Source of the DNA: Candidatus Nomurabacteria bacterium
GTDB taxonomy: Bacteria; Patescibacteriota; Minisyncoccia; Phycocordibacterales; UBA918
Direction of reading: 5' to 3'
DNA: 64,000 nt
Assembly: GCA_020632135.1 (NCBI GenBank)
Contig: JACKGC010000001.1
Coordinates: forward strand, 517,124-581,123
Position numbers and translations under genes: made by a program. The notes under the pieces were generated by a model. That model did no database searches. It saw nothing but the letters and a program-made list of their open reading frames with translations, and had not been told where the DNA came from. This document shows positions 26,359 through 36,919 of this stretch, piece by piece; position 1 is the first letter of the stretch; each line of letters begins with the position of its first letter.

Positions 26359-27443
26359 AAATCACCGTCGCAACAGGCCTATACCCTCCCGAAATCGGCG
26401 GCCCGGCTACCCATACAGTATTTCTTGAGCAAGAGCTACCAAAACTTGGATATGAAGTGGTGGTGGTGCCCTTTCGACAATCAAAGAAGTTTCCGAAAAT
26501 TTTACGTCATCTGCACTATACCTTTCGACTGTTACGTGCAAGTACTGGTAGTAGTATTTTATTTGCCCAGGATGTTGCATCGGTTGGATTCCCTGCATTA
26601 GTTGTTGCAAAGATAACAAGCAAAAAATTTGTTGTGCGAGTTCCTGGTGATTTTGCTTGGGAACAATCCACTCAAAGATTTGGTGTGACTGACTCAATTG
26701 ACGAATTTCAGACTAAGCAGTACGGCTGGCGAGTGCAATTTCTAAGGTGGATTCAAAACCGAGTCACTAAGTTTGCAGATAAAGTGGTTACCCCCAGCGA
26801 GTACTTTCGGCAACTAGTGATTGGATGGGGTGTACCTTCGAGTCAGGTCGTAACTATTTACAATGGCGTTGATTTAGACATAGAACCAAAAACTATTGTA
26901 AAACCTTGGCCCCGTTTGATTGTAAGTTCGGGCAGGTTAGTTCCGTGGAAAGGTTTCCAGAAACTAATCATGTGTCTGACGCAGCTTCCCAATTGGCACC
27001 TGCTCATTATTGGTGACGGCCCGATGGAACAACAATTAAAACAGTTGGTGACAGATGCTAAATTGTCGGGAAGAGTACATTTTACCGGTAACCTGTCCCG
27101 TATTGATGTGTACAGTTGGTGTCATGCTGCGGATGTCTTTGTACTGAACACACACTTTGAAAGCTTTTCCTATCAAATTGTTGAAGCCATGGATGCTCGA
27201 GTTCCTGTCATAGCAACGCGAGTTGGTAGTATTCCAGAATTGATTACTAGTGAACGAGAAGGACTGTTGCTTGAGCCTGATGATGAGCAGGGGCTTGTCA
27301 AAGCAGTAAAAACTGTAGTTGAGGAGCCAGAGGTTTGGCGAGGGAGGGTGGCCGCTGCTGCCAAGAAAGTAAAAGAGTTTGACGTAATACTTACCGCAAA
27401 GAGATTTGATGGACTCTTTAAAACATTGTTCAAACATGTCTAG
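26355..27443 (+). CDS. GT4-family glycosyltransferase
   Basis: PPEIGGPATH. GRLVPWKGF. ESFSYQIVEAMDARVPVIAT (EX7E region). Confidence 0.8.
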   Translation: MKITVATGLYPPEIGGPATHTVFLEQELPKLGYEVVVVPFRQSKKFPKILRHLHYTFRLLRASTGSSILFAQDVASVGFPALVVAKITSKKFVVRVPGDFAWEQSTQRFGVTDSIDEFQTKQYGWRVQFLRWIQNRVTKFADKVVTPSEYFRQLVIGWGVPSSQVVTIYNGVDLDIEPKTIVKPWPRLIVSSGRLVPWKGFQKLIMCLTQLPNWHLLIIGDGPMEQQLKQLVTDAKLSGRVHFTGNLSRIDVYSWCHAADVFVLNTHFESFSYQIVEAMDARVPVIATRVGSIPELITSEREGLLLEPDDEQGLVKAVKTVVEEPEVWRGRVAAAAKKVKEFDVILTAKRFDGLFKTLFKHV

Positions 27444-28563
27444 CAATATCCTTGCCATCGGCTACGCCAAGCGTGCATTGGAGTCAGGTACACGCGATCG
27501 GGAGCGGATGCAAAAGTACGCAGACGCGTTGGGCAGCTACCATTTAGTTGTCTTCACCCGCGTTGCTGAGGGTTTTCCAGACTTTCAACAGAGTGGTAAT
27601 TTGTATCTATATGCGACCAATGCGCGTAGTCGTGTTGGTATGTTGTGGCGAGCGTATCAGATCAGTAAAGAGATCCTAGCCAAGCATGATCAGTTTTTCA
27701 TCGTGACCAGTCAAGATCCGTTTGAGACTGCGCTGGTGGGTCGCGCGGTTGCCAAAGGCAACCGCGCGACCCACCATGTACAAATTCACGGTGACGTCTT
27801 TAATCCACAGAGCTACCACAACTCATGGGTACAGCGACTCAGGGTATTGTATGGTCGGTATGTCGTCCGCCGCACGCAGTGCATCCGAGTGGTTTCAGAA
27901 CGCATCAAACGTTCCTTGGTGCAGCTCGGTGTCCAGGCTGCGCAAGTCACTGTGTTGCCGATACAGTCCGACCTACGGCAGTTCTTGCAAGTCGGTGAGC
28001 ATCGCGTGTACAACCCGCACCGAGCCCCAGCATTTTTATACGTTGGGCGATTTGCTGCTGAAAAAAACATCAGTCTCCTCCTGAATGCATTTGCTAGCCT
28101 GGTAAAAATATATCCAGAATGTTCGCTCACGCTGCTCGGTGATGGTCCGTTGCATGATGAGGTTACAGAGCAGATCAAACGCCATCAGCTACAGGGCTGC
28201 GTACGTGTGCTCCCTTGGACCGATACTGTGCCAGCGGTGATGGCGAAGCATGACGTGTTGTGTGTATCATCGCAGCACGAAGGCTGGGGGATGGTGCTGC
28301 TCGAGGCAGGTGCAGCCGGCATGCCAGTGGTGACCACTGATGTCGGTTGTGCCGGAGAGCGGATCATCGACCAAGAGAATGGCCGGGTAGTGCCGGTCGG
28401 CGACGAATCAGCATACACTGACGCACTCACTACCTACGCTGCCCGACCAGAACTGATCGCCTCACAGGGCCAGCGAGGGTATGTCTCGGTGCGACAGCAG
28501 GCACCCAGTGAAGTAGAGTATCTCGCCCAATTAGTGGAATCTTTTGCTTCATGTGGGCAATAA
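27436..28563 (+). CDS. GT4-family glycosyltransferase
   Basis: GRFAAEKN. SSQHEGWGMVLLEAGAAGMPVVTTDVG. Start taken at ATG 27436, overlapping the upstream stop by 8 nt. Confidence 0.8.
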   Translation: MSSNILAIGYAKRALESGTRDRERMQKYADALGSYHLVVFTRVAEGFPDFQQSGNLYLYATNARSRVGMLWRAYQISKEILAKHDQFFIVTSQDPFETALVGRAVAKGNRATHHVQIHGDVFNPQSYHNSWVQRLRVLYGRYVVRRTQCIRVVSERIKRSLVQLGVQAAQVTVLPIQSDLRQFLQVGEHRVYNPHRAPAFLYVGRFAAEKNISLLLNAFASLVKIYPECSLTLLGDGPLHDEVTEQIKRHQLQGCVRVLPWTDTVPAVMAKHDVLCVSSQHEGWGMVLLEAGAAGMPVVTTDVGCAGERIIDQENGRVVPVGDESAYTDALTTYAARPELIASQGQRGYVSVRQQAPSEVEYLAQLVESFASCGQ

Positions 28564-28585
28564 AAGCCTGTTATACTAGCTGGTA

Positions 28586-29938
28586 ATGGCAAGAAGAGAT
28601 CTTTCTCAACGTGACGCTTCCGATCACGCGGCATCTGAGTTGCAATATGTGATCAAGAGCGAAAAGCGCACCAGTGAACCCGTCGTGCCAACGATCAGTG
28701 TGGCTGATGCTATGCGCGATGAGCGTGTCATCAAAACCGACTCCAGCCGAGACGTCACGCGCGTACTCTTCATTTCACACAACACCGAATTACTCAATCC
28801 CACGCAACAAACTCTCGATGGGTACGTCAATATATCCGATCTCTTTGATGAGGTGCATATTCTTATTCTACGAGCTGGTATTCCGCCGAAGAATCCCGCG
28901 CTTCGTGTGGCACATAATGTGTGGTTGTATACGGCGTCCTCGAAGTTTTGGTGGCTCACTCCTTTTTCAGGCTTAACGATGGCCAAGAATCAACTTGAAT
29001 TTGCTGCTGGGTTTCGACCCGACCTCATCGTGGCTCGCGACCCCTTTGAATCAGCTCTGGTTGCTAGCAAGTTGGGCAAGAAATATAACCGCCCGACCCA
29101 GCTACATATTGTTGATGACTATACAACCGCTGAATTTACCCAGCGTAGCCCACATAATTTCTGGCGGCTCTTTTTGCCGTTCTTCACCATCCCAAAATTT
29201 TCAAGTGTACGCACCCTGACCAGTACTATGCGTGCCTACCTACAAAAGAAGTATGTCATTCAAGACATCGACGTGTTGCCTCGTTTCCAGGATTACGCCG
29301 CGATGATCGACGACGACACAAAGATCGATCTTAAAGACAAGTACCGACCATTCATTTTTTTCATGATTTTTGTTGGCCGACTTGATCACCCAAGTACACT
29401 CCACAGGATGATCGACGCTGCTCGCTTTGTACTTCAGAATCGCCGTGTGGGGCTGATCGTCATCGGAGATGGGCCCGCTCGCAAGGAATTTGAGAAACGG
29501 GCCAAGATGTTGGGTATTGAGGAGCAGGTGGTGTTTGAGACCAAGGTGCAGGAAGTGATGCCATATTTGCGCGGAGGGCACATTCTCCTAGTTAGTGATA
29601 CTGATGCCGATAGTGAGGAAGTGGTCCTGCAAGGTGCGGCCGCTGGTATTCCTATGGTCATGTCTCGTACTGATACCCGTGAAGATGTCTTCGAACACGG
29701 CGAGTCAGCCTTCTTGTGTGAGGCAAGTGACACGCAGGCATTCACCGACCGCATCAACGACCTGCTCAACAATATCGGTTTACGCAAGCAGTTTACGATC
29801 AATGCTCAAGATATCATTCGTGAGCACTTCCATAGTGACCCGCGTGAGTACCGCGAAGCGTACCGTACGAGTATCGAGCAGGCATTTTTTATTGAAGCTG
29901 AGACTGCCGACGAAGACGATGAAGAAGACTATTATTAG
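28586..29938 (+). CDS. Glycosyltransferase (GT-B, GT4-like) with extended N-terminus and acidic C-terminus
   Basis: VGRLDHPSTL, GDGPARKEFE, and SDTDADSEEVVLQGAAAGIPMVMS. TGtTATACT box 8 nt upstream. Confidence 0.65.
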   Translation: MARRDLSQRDASDHAASELQYVIKSEKRTSEPVVPTISVADAMRDERVIKTDSSRDVTRVLFISHNTELLNPTQQTLDGYVNISDLFDEVHILILRAGIPPKNPALRVAHNVWLYTASSKFWWLTPFSGLTMAKNQLEFAAGFRPDLIVARDPFESALVASKLGKKYNRPTQLHIVDDYTTAEFTQRSPHNFWRLFLPFFTIPKFSSVRTLTSTMRAYLQKKYVIQDIDVLPRFQDYAAMIDDDTKIDLKDKYRPFIFFMIFVGRLDHPSTLHRMIDAARFVLQNRRVGLIVIGDGPARKEFEKRAKMLGIEEQVVFETKVQEVMPYLRGGHILLVSDTDADSEEVVLQGAAAGIPMVMSRTDTREDVFEHGESAFLCEASDTQAFTDRINDLLNNIGLRKQFTINAQDIIREHFHSDPREYREAYRTSIEQAFFIEAETADEDDEEDYY

Positions 29939-29959
29939 CCCTGAAACTGAGATGATGAT

Positions 29960-30847
29960 ATGATAGGCCGACACATGGAGCAGGACGTACTACAAGGTTT
30001 GGTCAAAGACAGGGCAACTATCGAGCGTGATGGTATTTTAGTAGCTAAAGAGATTGCTGAAAAGACCGTTTGGGATAAATTGGCGTTAGAAAATCCAACT
30101 GATGCGGTTATTTCAGCTAAAGACGAGGCTGACGCAGCGCGTAAGTCTGCTACCCAGATCCACGATATCAAGATCCATCTCCACGATACTGATGTGCTGC
30201 TTGACTGCGGTGCAGGCTATGGCCGAGTGGCAAAGTACCTGTTACCTACCATGCCACTTGGTGGTTACATTGGGGTAGACAGCGCATATCAGATGCTGTC
30301 GCTGTTTAAGGAGCGCTACCAGCTCAATAAGGCGGAGCAACAAACGCCGCTCCTGCTCCTTAATGCAGACATTCACACGCTGCCGCTTAAGGATGCTAGT
30401 GTAGATGTGGCGATCGTCTGTGCAGTCTTTCTGCACAATCACAAAGACGTGGTGAAACAGGCGGTGGCTGAGATCAAGCGCGTGGTTAAGCCGGGGGGCA
30501 GGGTGCTTGTCTACTCGTCATTTCCACGAGCTGCAACGCTTATGGGCATGCAGGGTCTGGCGTACCAAGCGCTACTCAACCTCATCGGCCGACCGTTTAA
30601 AAATGGGCCAGTACGTTACTATTGGCGGCGCGAGATCATGCATCTTTTCGATGGCTTTACCGAGGTCGAACTGAAGCCAACTGGATATGCAGTCATTCCA
30701 AAATCACTGATCTTTCTGCCGCGGGTGTTGGATAGTGTGTGGCGGCTCGTGATCGCTAACCCGATCAATAAACTGCTGGAGATCATAACACCTAAGTTCC
30801 TAAAGTATTACTGCGCCACCCATTTTGATGTGGTTGCAAAGCGGTAG
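29960..30847 (+). CDS. Class I SAM-dependent methyltransferase
   Basis: LLDCGAGYGRVAKYL and VKPGGRVLVYS. Alternative start at 29975. Confidence 0.7.
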   Translation: MIGRHMEQDVLQGLVKDRATIERDGILVAKEIAEKTVWDKLALENPTDAVISAKDEADAARKSATQIHDIKIHLHDTDVLLDCGAGYGRVAKYLLPTMPLGGYIGVDSAYQMLSLFKERYQLNKAEQQTPLLLLNADIHTLPLKDASVDVAIVCAVFLHNHKDVVKQAVAEIKRVVKPGGRVLVYSSFPRAATLMGMQGLAYQALLNLIGRPFKNGPVRYYWRREIMHLFDGFTEVELKPTGYAVIPKSLIFLPRVLDSVWRLVIANPINKLLEIITPKFLKYYCATHFDVVAKR

Positions 30848-30852
30848 TTTAT

Positions 30853-31869
30853 ATGAGACTGCTCATTATTACGCAAGCGGTCGACACTGAACACCCCATT
30901 CTTGGCTTTTTTCATCGTTGGATAGAAGAGTTTGCCAAACATTGTGAAAAGATACACGTGATCTGCTTAGAGGAAGGTAAGCATAGTCTGCCAGTCAACG
31001 TCACGATCCATTCACTTGGCAAAGAGGAGGGTAGAGATCGTATTGCATACCTCCACCGCTCCTATAAGCTCATTTGGCAGCTACGTCATGAGTATGACAG
31101 TGTGTTTGTGCACATGAATCAGATTTACGTGGTGCTTGGGGGATTGCTTTGGCGGCTGATGGGTAAAAAAATCGGTCTCTGGTATATGCACGGCCACGTG
31201 TCGATTTCGCTTCGTATAGCAGAGAAGCTGACGCATAAGATATTTACTGGCTCGCCTGAGAGCTTTCGGCTGAAAAGCGATAAGGTGCTGATCACTGGTC
31301 ATGGTATTGATACCATACGATTTGCTCCACAAACTTCACCGAAAGACATCGATCTCATTACTGTTGGTCGCATCACTGAATCAAAAAATCTGACCACACT
31401 CATAGATCTCCTTAAAGAAGTTCGTAAGACCAACCCAGTTTCATTGACCATCGTGGGTGGTGTCGTCACAGAAGGTGAGCGCGCTTACGAGACTAAGTTA
31501 AAAGCACGTATCGAGTCACTTGGTTTAGTAAAAGCAGTTCATTTTGCCGGTCGCATCCTGCAGGCAGAACTACCCACGACATTGAATCGCGCGAAGATTT
31601 TTGTCACGGTCGCTCAAAACGGTAGTTTAGACAAGGCAGTGCTAGAAGCCATGGCTTGTGGCTTACCGGTGGTCTCCATGGCGGAGGGAACACGATCGCT
31701 TTTTCTCAAAACCAGGCAAGTACGTACTAAGGATGATTTTGTAACTGAAGTGACAAACATACTGAAGTCAGACCCTCCGGCCTTTTTTGTTGCAAGTAAT
31801 GTAGCCAACGTAAAAGAGAACCACAGCCTTAACAATCTAATTGCACTTTTGGTGAAAGAGTCTTCTTAG
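30853..31869 (+). CDS. GT4-family glycosyltransferase
   Basis: MRLLIITQAVD. GRITESKN. NGSLDKAVLEAMACGLPVV. Confidence 0.75.
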   Translation: MRLLIITQAVDTEHPILGFFHRWIEEFAKHCEKIHVICLEEGKHSLPVNVTIHSLGKEEGRDRIAYLHRSYKLIWQLRHEYDSVFVHMNQIYVVLGGLLWRLMGKKIGLWYMHGHVSISLRIAEKLTHKIFTGSPESFRLKSDKVLITGHGIDTIRFAPQTSPKDIDLITVGRITESKNLTTLIDLLKEVRKTNPVSLTIVGGVVTEGERAYETKLKARIESLGLVKAVHFAGRILQAELPTTLNRAKIFVTVAQNGSLDKAVLEAMACGLPVVSMAEGTRSLFLKTRQVRTKDDFVTEVTNILKSDPPAFFVASNVANVKENHSLNNLIALLVKESS

Positions 31870-32549
31870 GTAGCAGTCGCTTCCTTGTAGAAATAGGCAT
31901 TTCCAAAGGGGTAGCGATAAATTGACGGGGCAATATTTTTACTCGAAAAGAAGTCATAGACAGCTTTTCTGCACCCGCCAAAATCGTAGTAATCATCAAC
32001 TACAATTATCCCTCCCTCTGACACTGAATCGTAGAGTGTGTTGAGCGCATCAAGGGTGGAGTCATATGTGTCTCCATCTAAACGTAAGATCGCTATTTGC
32101 CCAATTTCTTCTTTGTGCTTTGGGAGTGTCTCATTAAACCAACCCTTGATGATGTGTGGTTTTACTTTAAGCTTCTCTGCAATTTCTCGTGGGGTATCTT
32201 CTGACACGGCTATGTAACCAGTCTTTGTGTGCAAGGGTAGTCCTTTTGCATTCAGTAACTCAGCGTCATTTTCTGTCATCTCAGGCAAGCCTTCAAATGA
32301 ATCAAAGAGCCACACTTCTCGACCAAATTGGGCCATGTATGCACCAAGACCGCCTTTCCAACAACCAGTTTCCACGATTGCCCCGACGACTGCTTTAGAC
32401 CTGACCTGTTCAATGTGGTCTTGCATTTGATACACACCAGCTATTGTTTGCATGGTGTAACCGCGTATGCGCCTTATATTGATCAGCGAAAAAATCGCTT
32501 GTGGTTTTAGTGCTAAGAATTGAGCAAAATGTATAATTCGTCTAAACAT
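31866..32549 (-). CDS. TylF/macrocin-O-methyltransferase-family sugar O-methyltransferase
   Basis: GAIVETGCWKGG and LRLDGDTYDSTLDALNTLY..GGIIVVDDY are typical TylF-family motifs. Confidence 0.7.
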   Translation of the reverse strand: MFRRIIHFAQFLALKPQAIFSLINIRRIRGYTMQTIAGVYQMQDHIEQVRSKAVVGAIVETGCWKGGLGAYMAQFGREVWLFDSFEGLPEMTENDAELLNAKGLPLHTKTGYIAVSEDTPREIAEKLKVKPHIIKGWFNETLPKHKEEIGQIAILRLDGDTYDSTLDALNTLYDSVSEGGIIVVDDYYDFGGCRKAVYDFFSSKNIAPSIYRYPFGNAYFYKEATAT

Positions 32550-32611
32550 AGTAGGCTTTAGTATACTACAGAGATTATAGACCGCAGTCTTTTCAATCGT
32601 TTTACTATTCG

Positions 32612-33349
32612 CTATTTCTGCAAATAACCTTTCTGCATCATCACTAGGGTAATGTTGTGGTAAGCGTAAAAAGCATAGCCCTTATCGACCAAATATGTGT
32701 AAATCTTACTCCCTGTCATTTTTTCTCTAAATTCCCTGTCTTCAACGAGTATCACTTTCGGTCGGTACACTTTCCAGTCATTTGACTTGAGAACCTCAAG
32801 ATCCATACCTTCAACATCGACATCAAGGAGATCGATCTCAGTATTATCCAGATGTTCAGAAAGTATCTTTCTTAACGGAACACATTGGAGTTTTTGAGTA
32901 TCAACGAGACGGTTTCCATTCGCATTCTCTTTTTTGTTCGCATGTTCTCTATCGAAAGTATTAACCCCAGAGTGTGTGAAGTTATAGTAAGTCAACTCTT
33001 TTTCGTCTTCACTTATTCCTGTTAGCAAATTTAAATCAGCCGGACGATATTTATTGAAAAGTTTTATTGAGTTTTTGTTTGGATCAATATTTACGCCCCT
33101 CCAGCCTGCTTTGTACAATAGATAAGTATTGGATAAGTAATGTGGATGGAAAGCGCCAACGTCTACGTAGACGCCTTTGTGTGTGTCTTTAAAAATTCTC
33201 TGTAAAAGAATGTCCTCACCGTCGCCAGAGTAAGATAGAGATTTAAAATTTTGCAACGAAAACTTTTTTTTCAGATGGAGCAACGAATAAAAATACTTAT
33301 CCGGGATCATCTTGTGTAGTATGGACTTAGCCTTTTCCTTGGTGATCAT
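32612..33349 (-). CDS. FkbM-family methyltransferase
   Basis: VYVDVGAFHP, NIDPN, and DLLDVDVEGMDLEVL pattern. Confidence 0.65.
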   Translation of the reverse strand: MITKEKAKSILHKMIPDKYFYSLLHLKKKFSLQNFKSLSYSGDGEDILLQRIFKDTHKGVYVDVGAFHPHYLSNTYLLYKAGWRGVNIDPNKNSIKLFNKYRPADLNLLTGISEDEKELTYYNFTHSGVNTFDREHANKKENANGNRLVDTQKLQCVPLRKILSEHLDNTEIDLLDVDVEGMDLEVLKSNDWKVYRPKVILVEDREFREKMTGSKIYTYLVDKGYAFYAYHNITLVMMQKGYLQK

Positions 33350-34179
33350 TGTATTTTCTCTGAAAAAAGTGTCTGGTAGTAAAGAATATCCTGCTGCAGC
33401 TTTTCTTTCAAGAACACCCTCTCTGAATCGGTCTCTACACGATTCTTCCTTGCGGTTTTTGAGAGGAATGATTCCACAGTGTCACTTTTGATATTTATCT
33501 TCCTGAGGAAGTCTATGATTTTCTTGCCCGTCTCGCTTTTGTTTAAGAACAAATAGATACGGGTTATCGTCTTAAATAGTGGGTTCGCTCGCCAAGCGCT
33601 CGTATTATATTTGGTGTGTAGAAAATTTGGGGTAAAAGTTGCTATATCCAAAAAATCACAGACCTTATCAATTACATTCTGGGGCTTGTTGCAGATCTCT
33701 TTATAATCAATGAATAAGACTTGTTCCTTCGGGAATACTTCAGCATAGTTTCCTGTCCACTTAGTATAGAGACTATACTCAATCAATTCAGGAAACTCTA
33801 CAACTGCACTCTCGACCAGCACACTCTCTTTGAGATGGCCGTTATTTTTAATGTGGCGAAAGTGAGATAGGGTACGTTCGACTGGGTCTCGGAGAAGAAT
33901 GATGATTTTTGCGTCAGGGAAAGAGGCTTTGATCCTTTGGGGAGCGTCTTTGTCATACAAGTATAGAGGTGAGGCTTCAAAAAAGACGGGCTTGTGGTTG
34001 CAGTCATTATATAAATGATAATAGTCGCTAGTGTCCGAAGTGTCTTTCGTAAAGAAATTGGTTTCTTTTCCTCTGGCTCCGCACACCTCAGGATGCTCTT
34101 CCAGGCACTTAAAGAGCCAGCTGGTCCCAGCTTTTTGGGAACCAACACATATAGCGATTTTTTTTGCTGAGATTTTCAT
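33346..34179 (-). CDS. PAPS-dependent sulfotransferase
   Basis: 5'-PSB loop GSQKAGTSWL and 3'-PB motif LLRDPVERTLSHFRH. 4-nt overlap with the FkbM-like gene. Confidence 0.8.
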   Translation of the reverse strand: MKISAKKIAICVGSQKAGTSWLFKCLEEHPEVCGARGKETNFFTKDTSDTSDYYHLYNDCNHKPVFFEASPLYLYDKDAPQRIKASFPDAKIIILLRDPVERTLSHFRHIKNNGHLKESVLVESAVVEFPELIEYSLYTKWTGNYAEVFPKEQVLFIDYKEICNKPQNVIDKVCDFLDIATFTPNFLHTKYNTSAWRANPLFKTITRIYLFLNKSETGKKIIDFLRKINIKSDTVESFLSKTARKNRVETDSERVFLKEKLQQDILYYQTLFSEKIQ

Positions 34180-34254
34180 TTAATTATCTTGTGTTCATTA
34201 TAACTAAAGAATTGGTGTATACTAACTTAAATTTATTGAATAGACTAAACATCT

Positions 34255-35943
34255 ATGGGGTATTTAATTGAAATTTCTTCCGATAACACAGTAAAAATAG
34301 AGACTGATTTTGAATATCTCAGAAAAGGTTCCTGTACTTTGTATTACCAAGGTCTTAATAAAAATGTTGCGCAGAATGTAATCAAAGCATATGTTGCAGA
34401 TAATCTAACATCCTATTTAAACGAAGGAGATTTTGATAACTTTGTTTTCTTCATCAAAAATGAAGAAAAAGGTCGTTTCGCAATCTACAATGACCATTTC
34501 GGTAGTAAAGAAATTTTTTATAAAAAGGACAAGGATCGTAACTGTGTGTTTGTGACTGATAGTGTGTTTACTTTACCGAAAGAAATGCTCAACATATCTA
34601 CGCAGAATCTATATGAATTTTTTGTGTTTCAGAATGTATTACCCCCCGATACTGTTTATGATGGAATCAGTTGTTTGCCGGGAGGTAGTTATCTGTCGAT
34701 CTGTGAAGATAAAATTGAAATAGTTGAGTATTGGGATATGGATAGTTTGCTAAACGGTAAACTTGAATCATACCCTGAGCTAATTAAGCTTGGTGATGAG
34801 GCTTTAAAAGAATCACTGACAAAGAATTGTGGAGATAGTGTTGCCGTAGCTTTATCAGGAGGAGTTGATTCAGGTGGTTTGTTAGGAATGTGTGTTAGTA
34901 AGCTTAAAATTAAGCCAATTACAATATCAGTTGGGGGCAAGGGACCACAGACGATTGACTTACTGAGTGCGCGAAAATCTGCTAAATATCATAATGTTGA
35001 ACAGCATGAATTATATCCTTCTTTCGATGACATGAAAGATATGTGGGGGAATTCAGTTGGTTTATCACAACCAGTACAGGCAGCAGCATCTTTTGCGTAT
35101 TCACTGATTAATAAGAAGGCTGAGCAAGCACAGGCTGACACTGTCGTGTATGGTTTTGGAGCTGAGATGGTATTGGGGAATGGTATGAAATTATCAAAGA
35201 TTGCTAATCAACTTCGTTATGAAAAGTATATACCTGATCCTATACTAAGGGTGCTCTACAAAATTATTGGGAGCATGGTTGCGGGCTCAGAAAACAGGAG
35301 GCGTTTTTTGCTGGCAAGCAATGATTGGGTGAGTCGTTTTATGATAGTGCGCAGCGCATATTATCCTTGGACTAAGAAGTACATGACAAAAGAAAGTTCT
35401 GCTTTCATGAATCATGTGAGGGATAAGGTTGCTGTGCAATTCAGTGATAACTTAAGCATATATGATGCTTTAGTAAGATTGTATGTAAAGAGTTGGGTAA
35501 ATTACATGCAATATAGAGACATGAACGCAATTGCTAGGCGGTACAAAGTAAAACCAGTGATCCCTTTTGATTCCTTACGCCTTGTAAAGGTATTTTTCAG
35601 GTTGCCAGTTAAACATAGGAAAAGAAATAATTGGAATAAACAGTTGATTCGCGATATTTTTAAACCTTATACCCCTGAACACTTATATGACAATATTGCT
35701 CGTTCAATCGGTGTTCCGTATACGGAGATTTTTGGCGCACATTTTGAAGAGGTTTTGCATTACGTTGAAGGCTCTACCTTGTTAAGCTCATTATACGATT
35801 TTAACCTTCTTAAAAAGCATTTAAAACATGAACCAGAACCAGGTTTCTTTTTGATGTTTTTATTTGGTGTGGCAGTTTGGTATGATGCGAATTTTTACCC
35901 AGAAAGAGAATTAGAGTTTCAAAGGCTGTTTGATAGCAACTAA
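34255..35943 (+). CDS. Asparagine synthase (AsnB)-like amidoligase lacking the N-terminal Cys nucleophile
   Basis: PP-loop VAVALSGGVDSGG. NDHFGSKEIFYK resembles RD..G.KPLYY. The N-terminus is MGYLIE rather than MCG. Confidence 0.7.
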   Translation: MGYLIEISSDNTVKIETDFEYLRKGSCTLYYQGLNKNVAQNVIKAYVADNLTSYLNEGDFDNFVFFIKNEEKGRFAIYNDHFGSKEIFYKKDKDRNCVFVTDSVFTLPKEMLNISTQNLYEFFVFQNVLPPDTVYDGISCLPGGSYLSICEDKIEIVEYWDMDSLLNGKLESYPELIKLGDEALKESLTKNCGDSVAVALSGGVDSGGLLGMCVSKLKIKPITISVGGKGPQTIDLLSARKSAKYHNVEQHELYPSFDDMKDMWGNSVGLSQPVQAAASFAYSLINKKAEQAQADTVVYGFGAEMVLGNGMKLSKIANQLRYEKYIPDPILRVLYKIIGSMVAGSENRRRFLLASNDWVSRFMIVRSAYYPWTKKYMTKESSAFMNHVRDKVAVQFSDNLSIYDALVRLYVKSWVNYMQYRDMNAIARRYKVKPVIPFDSLRLVKVFFRLPVKHRKRNNWNKQLIRDIFKPYTPEHLYDNIARSIGVPYTEIFGAHFEEVLHYVEGSTLLSSLYDFNLLKKHLKHEPEPGFFLMFLFGVAVWYDANFYPERELEFQRLFDSN

Positions 35944-35971
35944 CTGCGCTTTAAAAGATTACATTTTCAGA

Positions 35972-36889
35972 TTAATTTAATTTTTCTATCCATCGGTCAT
36001 GGCCATCCCAGGCTAATATAATGGCTGGCCCATTTGTTTCACCCGCCTCCTTTCGTCGTTTAAATGCTGTATATACTCCTCCTGCAGAAAAACCGGTTAA
36101 TAGACCATACTTTTTACGCATCTCAATCATGCCTTTTTTGGCGTCTTCTGTAGTAAGGGGTAATTCACCAGCAATCCAGCCGCTGACGCGCGCCTCATGA
36201 ATGAAGGGGGTTTCGTAATCTAGGTCATCGGAGAAGGTTCCAACGATTTTATTTCCTGGCTTAGCTATGGTGACAAAAACTTTAGTGCCGGGTACATGCT
36301 CTGCACAGTATCGAGTGACTCCTGAGACGCCCCCTCCGGACCCCATGGCCATGTAGATCTCCTGCACATCCGGAACTTCTTTAAATATTTGAGGTGCAGT
36401 GAAATCGTAGTGACCTTGAGGGTTGCCCCAATTGTCTAATTGAGCGGTCAAAATATATTTTTCAGGTTGTTGCTTGGCCAGCATCTTTGCTTTTTCGTAA
36501 CATTCTAATGTTGTGTCTCCACCAATGGTCACCTTTGCACCATGTGCCTTGATGAGATCCAGGGTTGCCTGTGTTGCTTTTGTGCTGACGACAACTTCAC
36601 AATCAAGATTTAGGTATTCACCAAGATGAGACAACGCTCGAGCAAAATTTCCGCTAGACGCATCCAATAACGTCTTCCCTTTAAAGTTTTGTTCCCCAAG
36701 CTCTTGTAGTGTGTGTTGCAGGGAGCTATAAGCAGAAAGTCCTTTTAGTGAACCAGAGAAACACTCTGCTCCAAGCATAACAAAAAGATCAGTCTCTAGC
36801 TGGACTACTCGTGCAGTAAGGAGTGGTTGTAGTCTCTGAAGTTTTTTTAATAAGTTGCTTGACGCAAATTTCTGATCTTCTCTTAACAT
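35972..36889 (-). CDS. PLP-dependent enzyme of the cysteine synthase/tryptophan synthase beta family (CysK-like)
   Basis: GSLKGLSAY (lysine region), DASSGNFARALSHLG, and MGSGGGVSG (glycine loop). Confidence 0.6.
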   Translation of the reverse strand: MLREDQKFASSNLLKKLQRLQPLLTARVVQLETDLFVMLGAECFSGSLKGLSAYSSLQHTLQELGEQNFKGKTLLDASSGNFARALSHLGEYLNLDCEVVVSTKATQATLDLIKAHGAKVTIGGDTTLECYEKAKMLAKQQPEKYILTAQLDNWGNPQGHYDFTAPQIFKEVPDVQEIYMAMGSGGGVSGVTRYCAEHVPGTKVFVTIAKPGNKIVGTFSDDLDYETPFIHEARVSGWIAGELPLTTEDAKKGMIEMRKKYGLLTGFSAGGVYTAFKRRKEAGETNGPAIILAWDGHDRWIEKLN

Positions 36890-36919
36890 AAAGAGGACTA
36901 TATGTCGTTTCTGTGACTT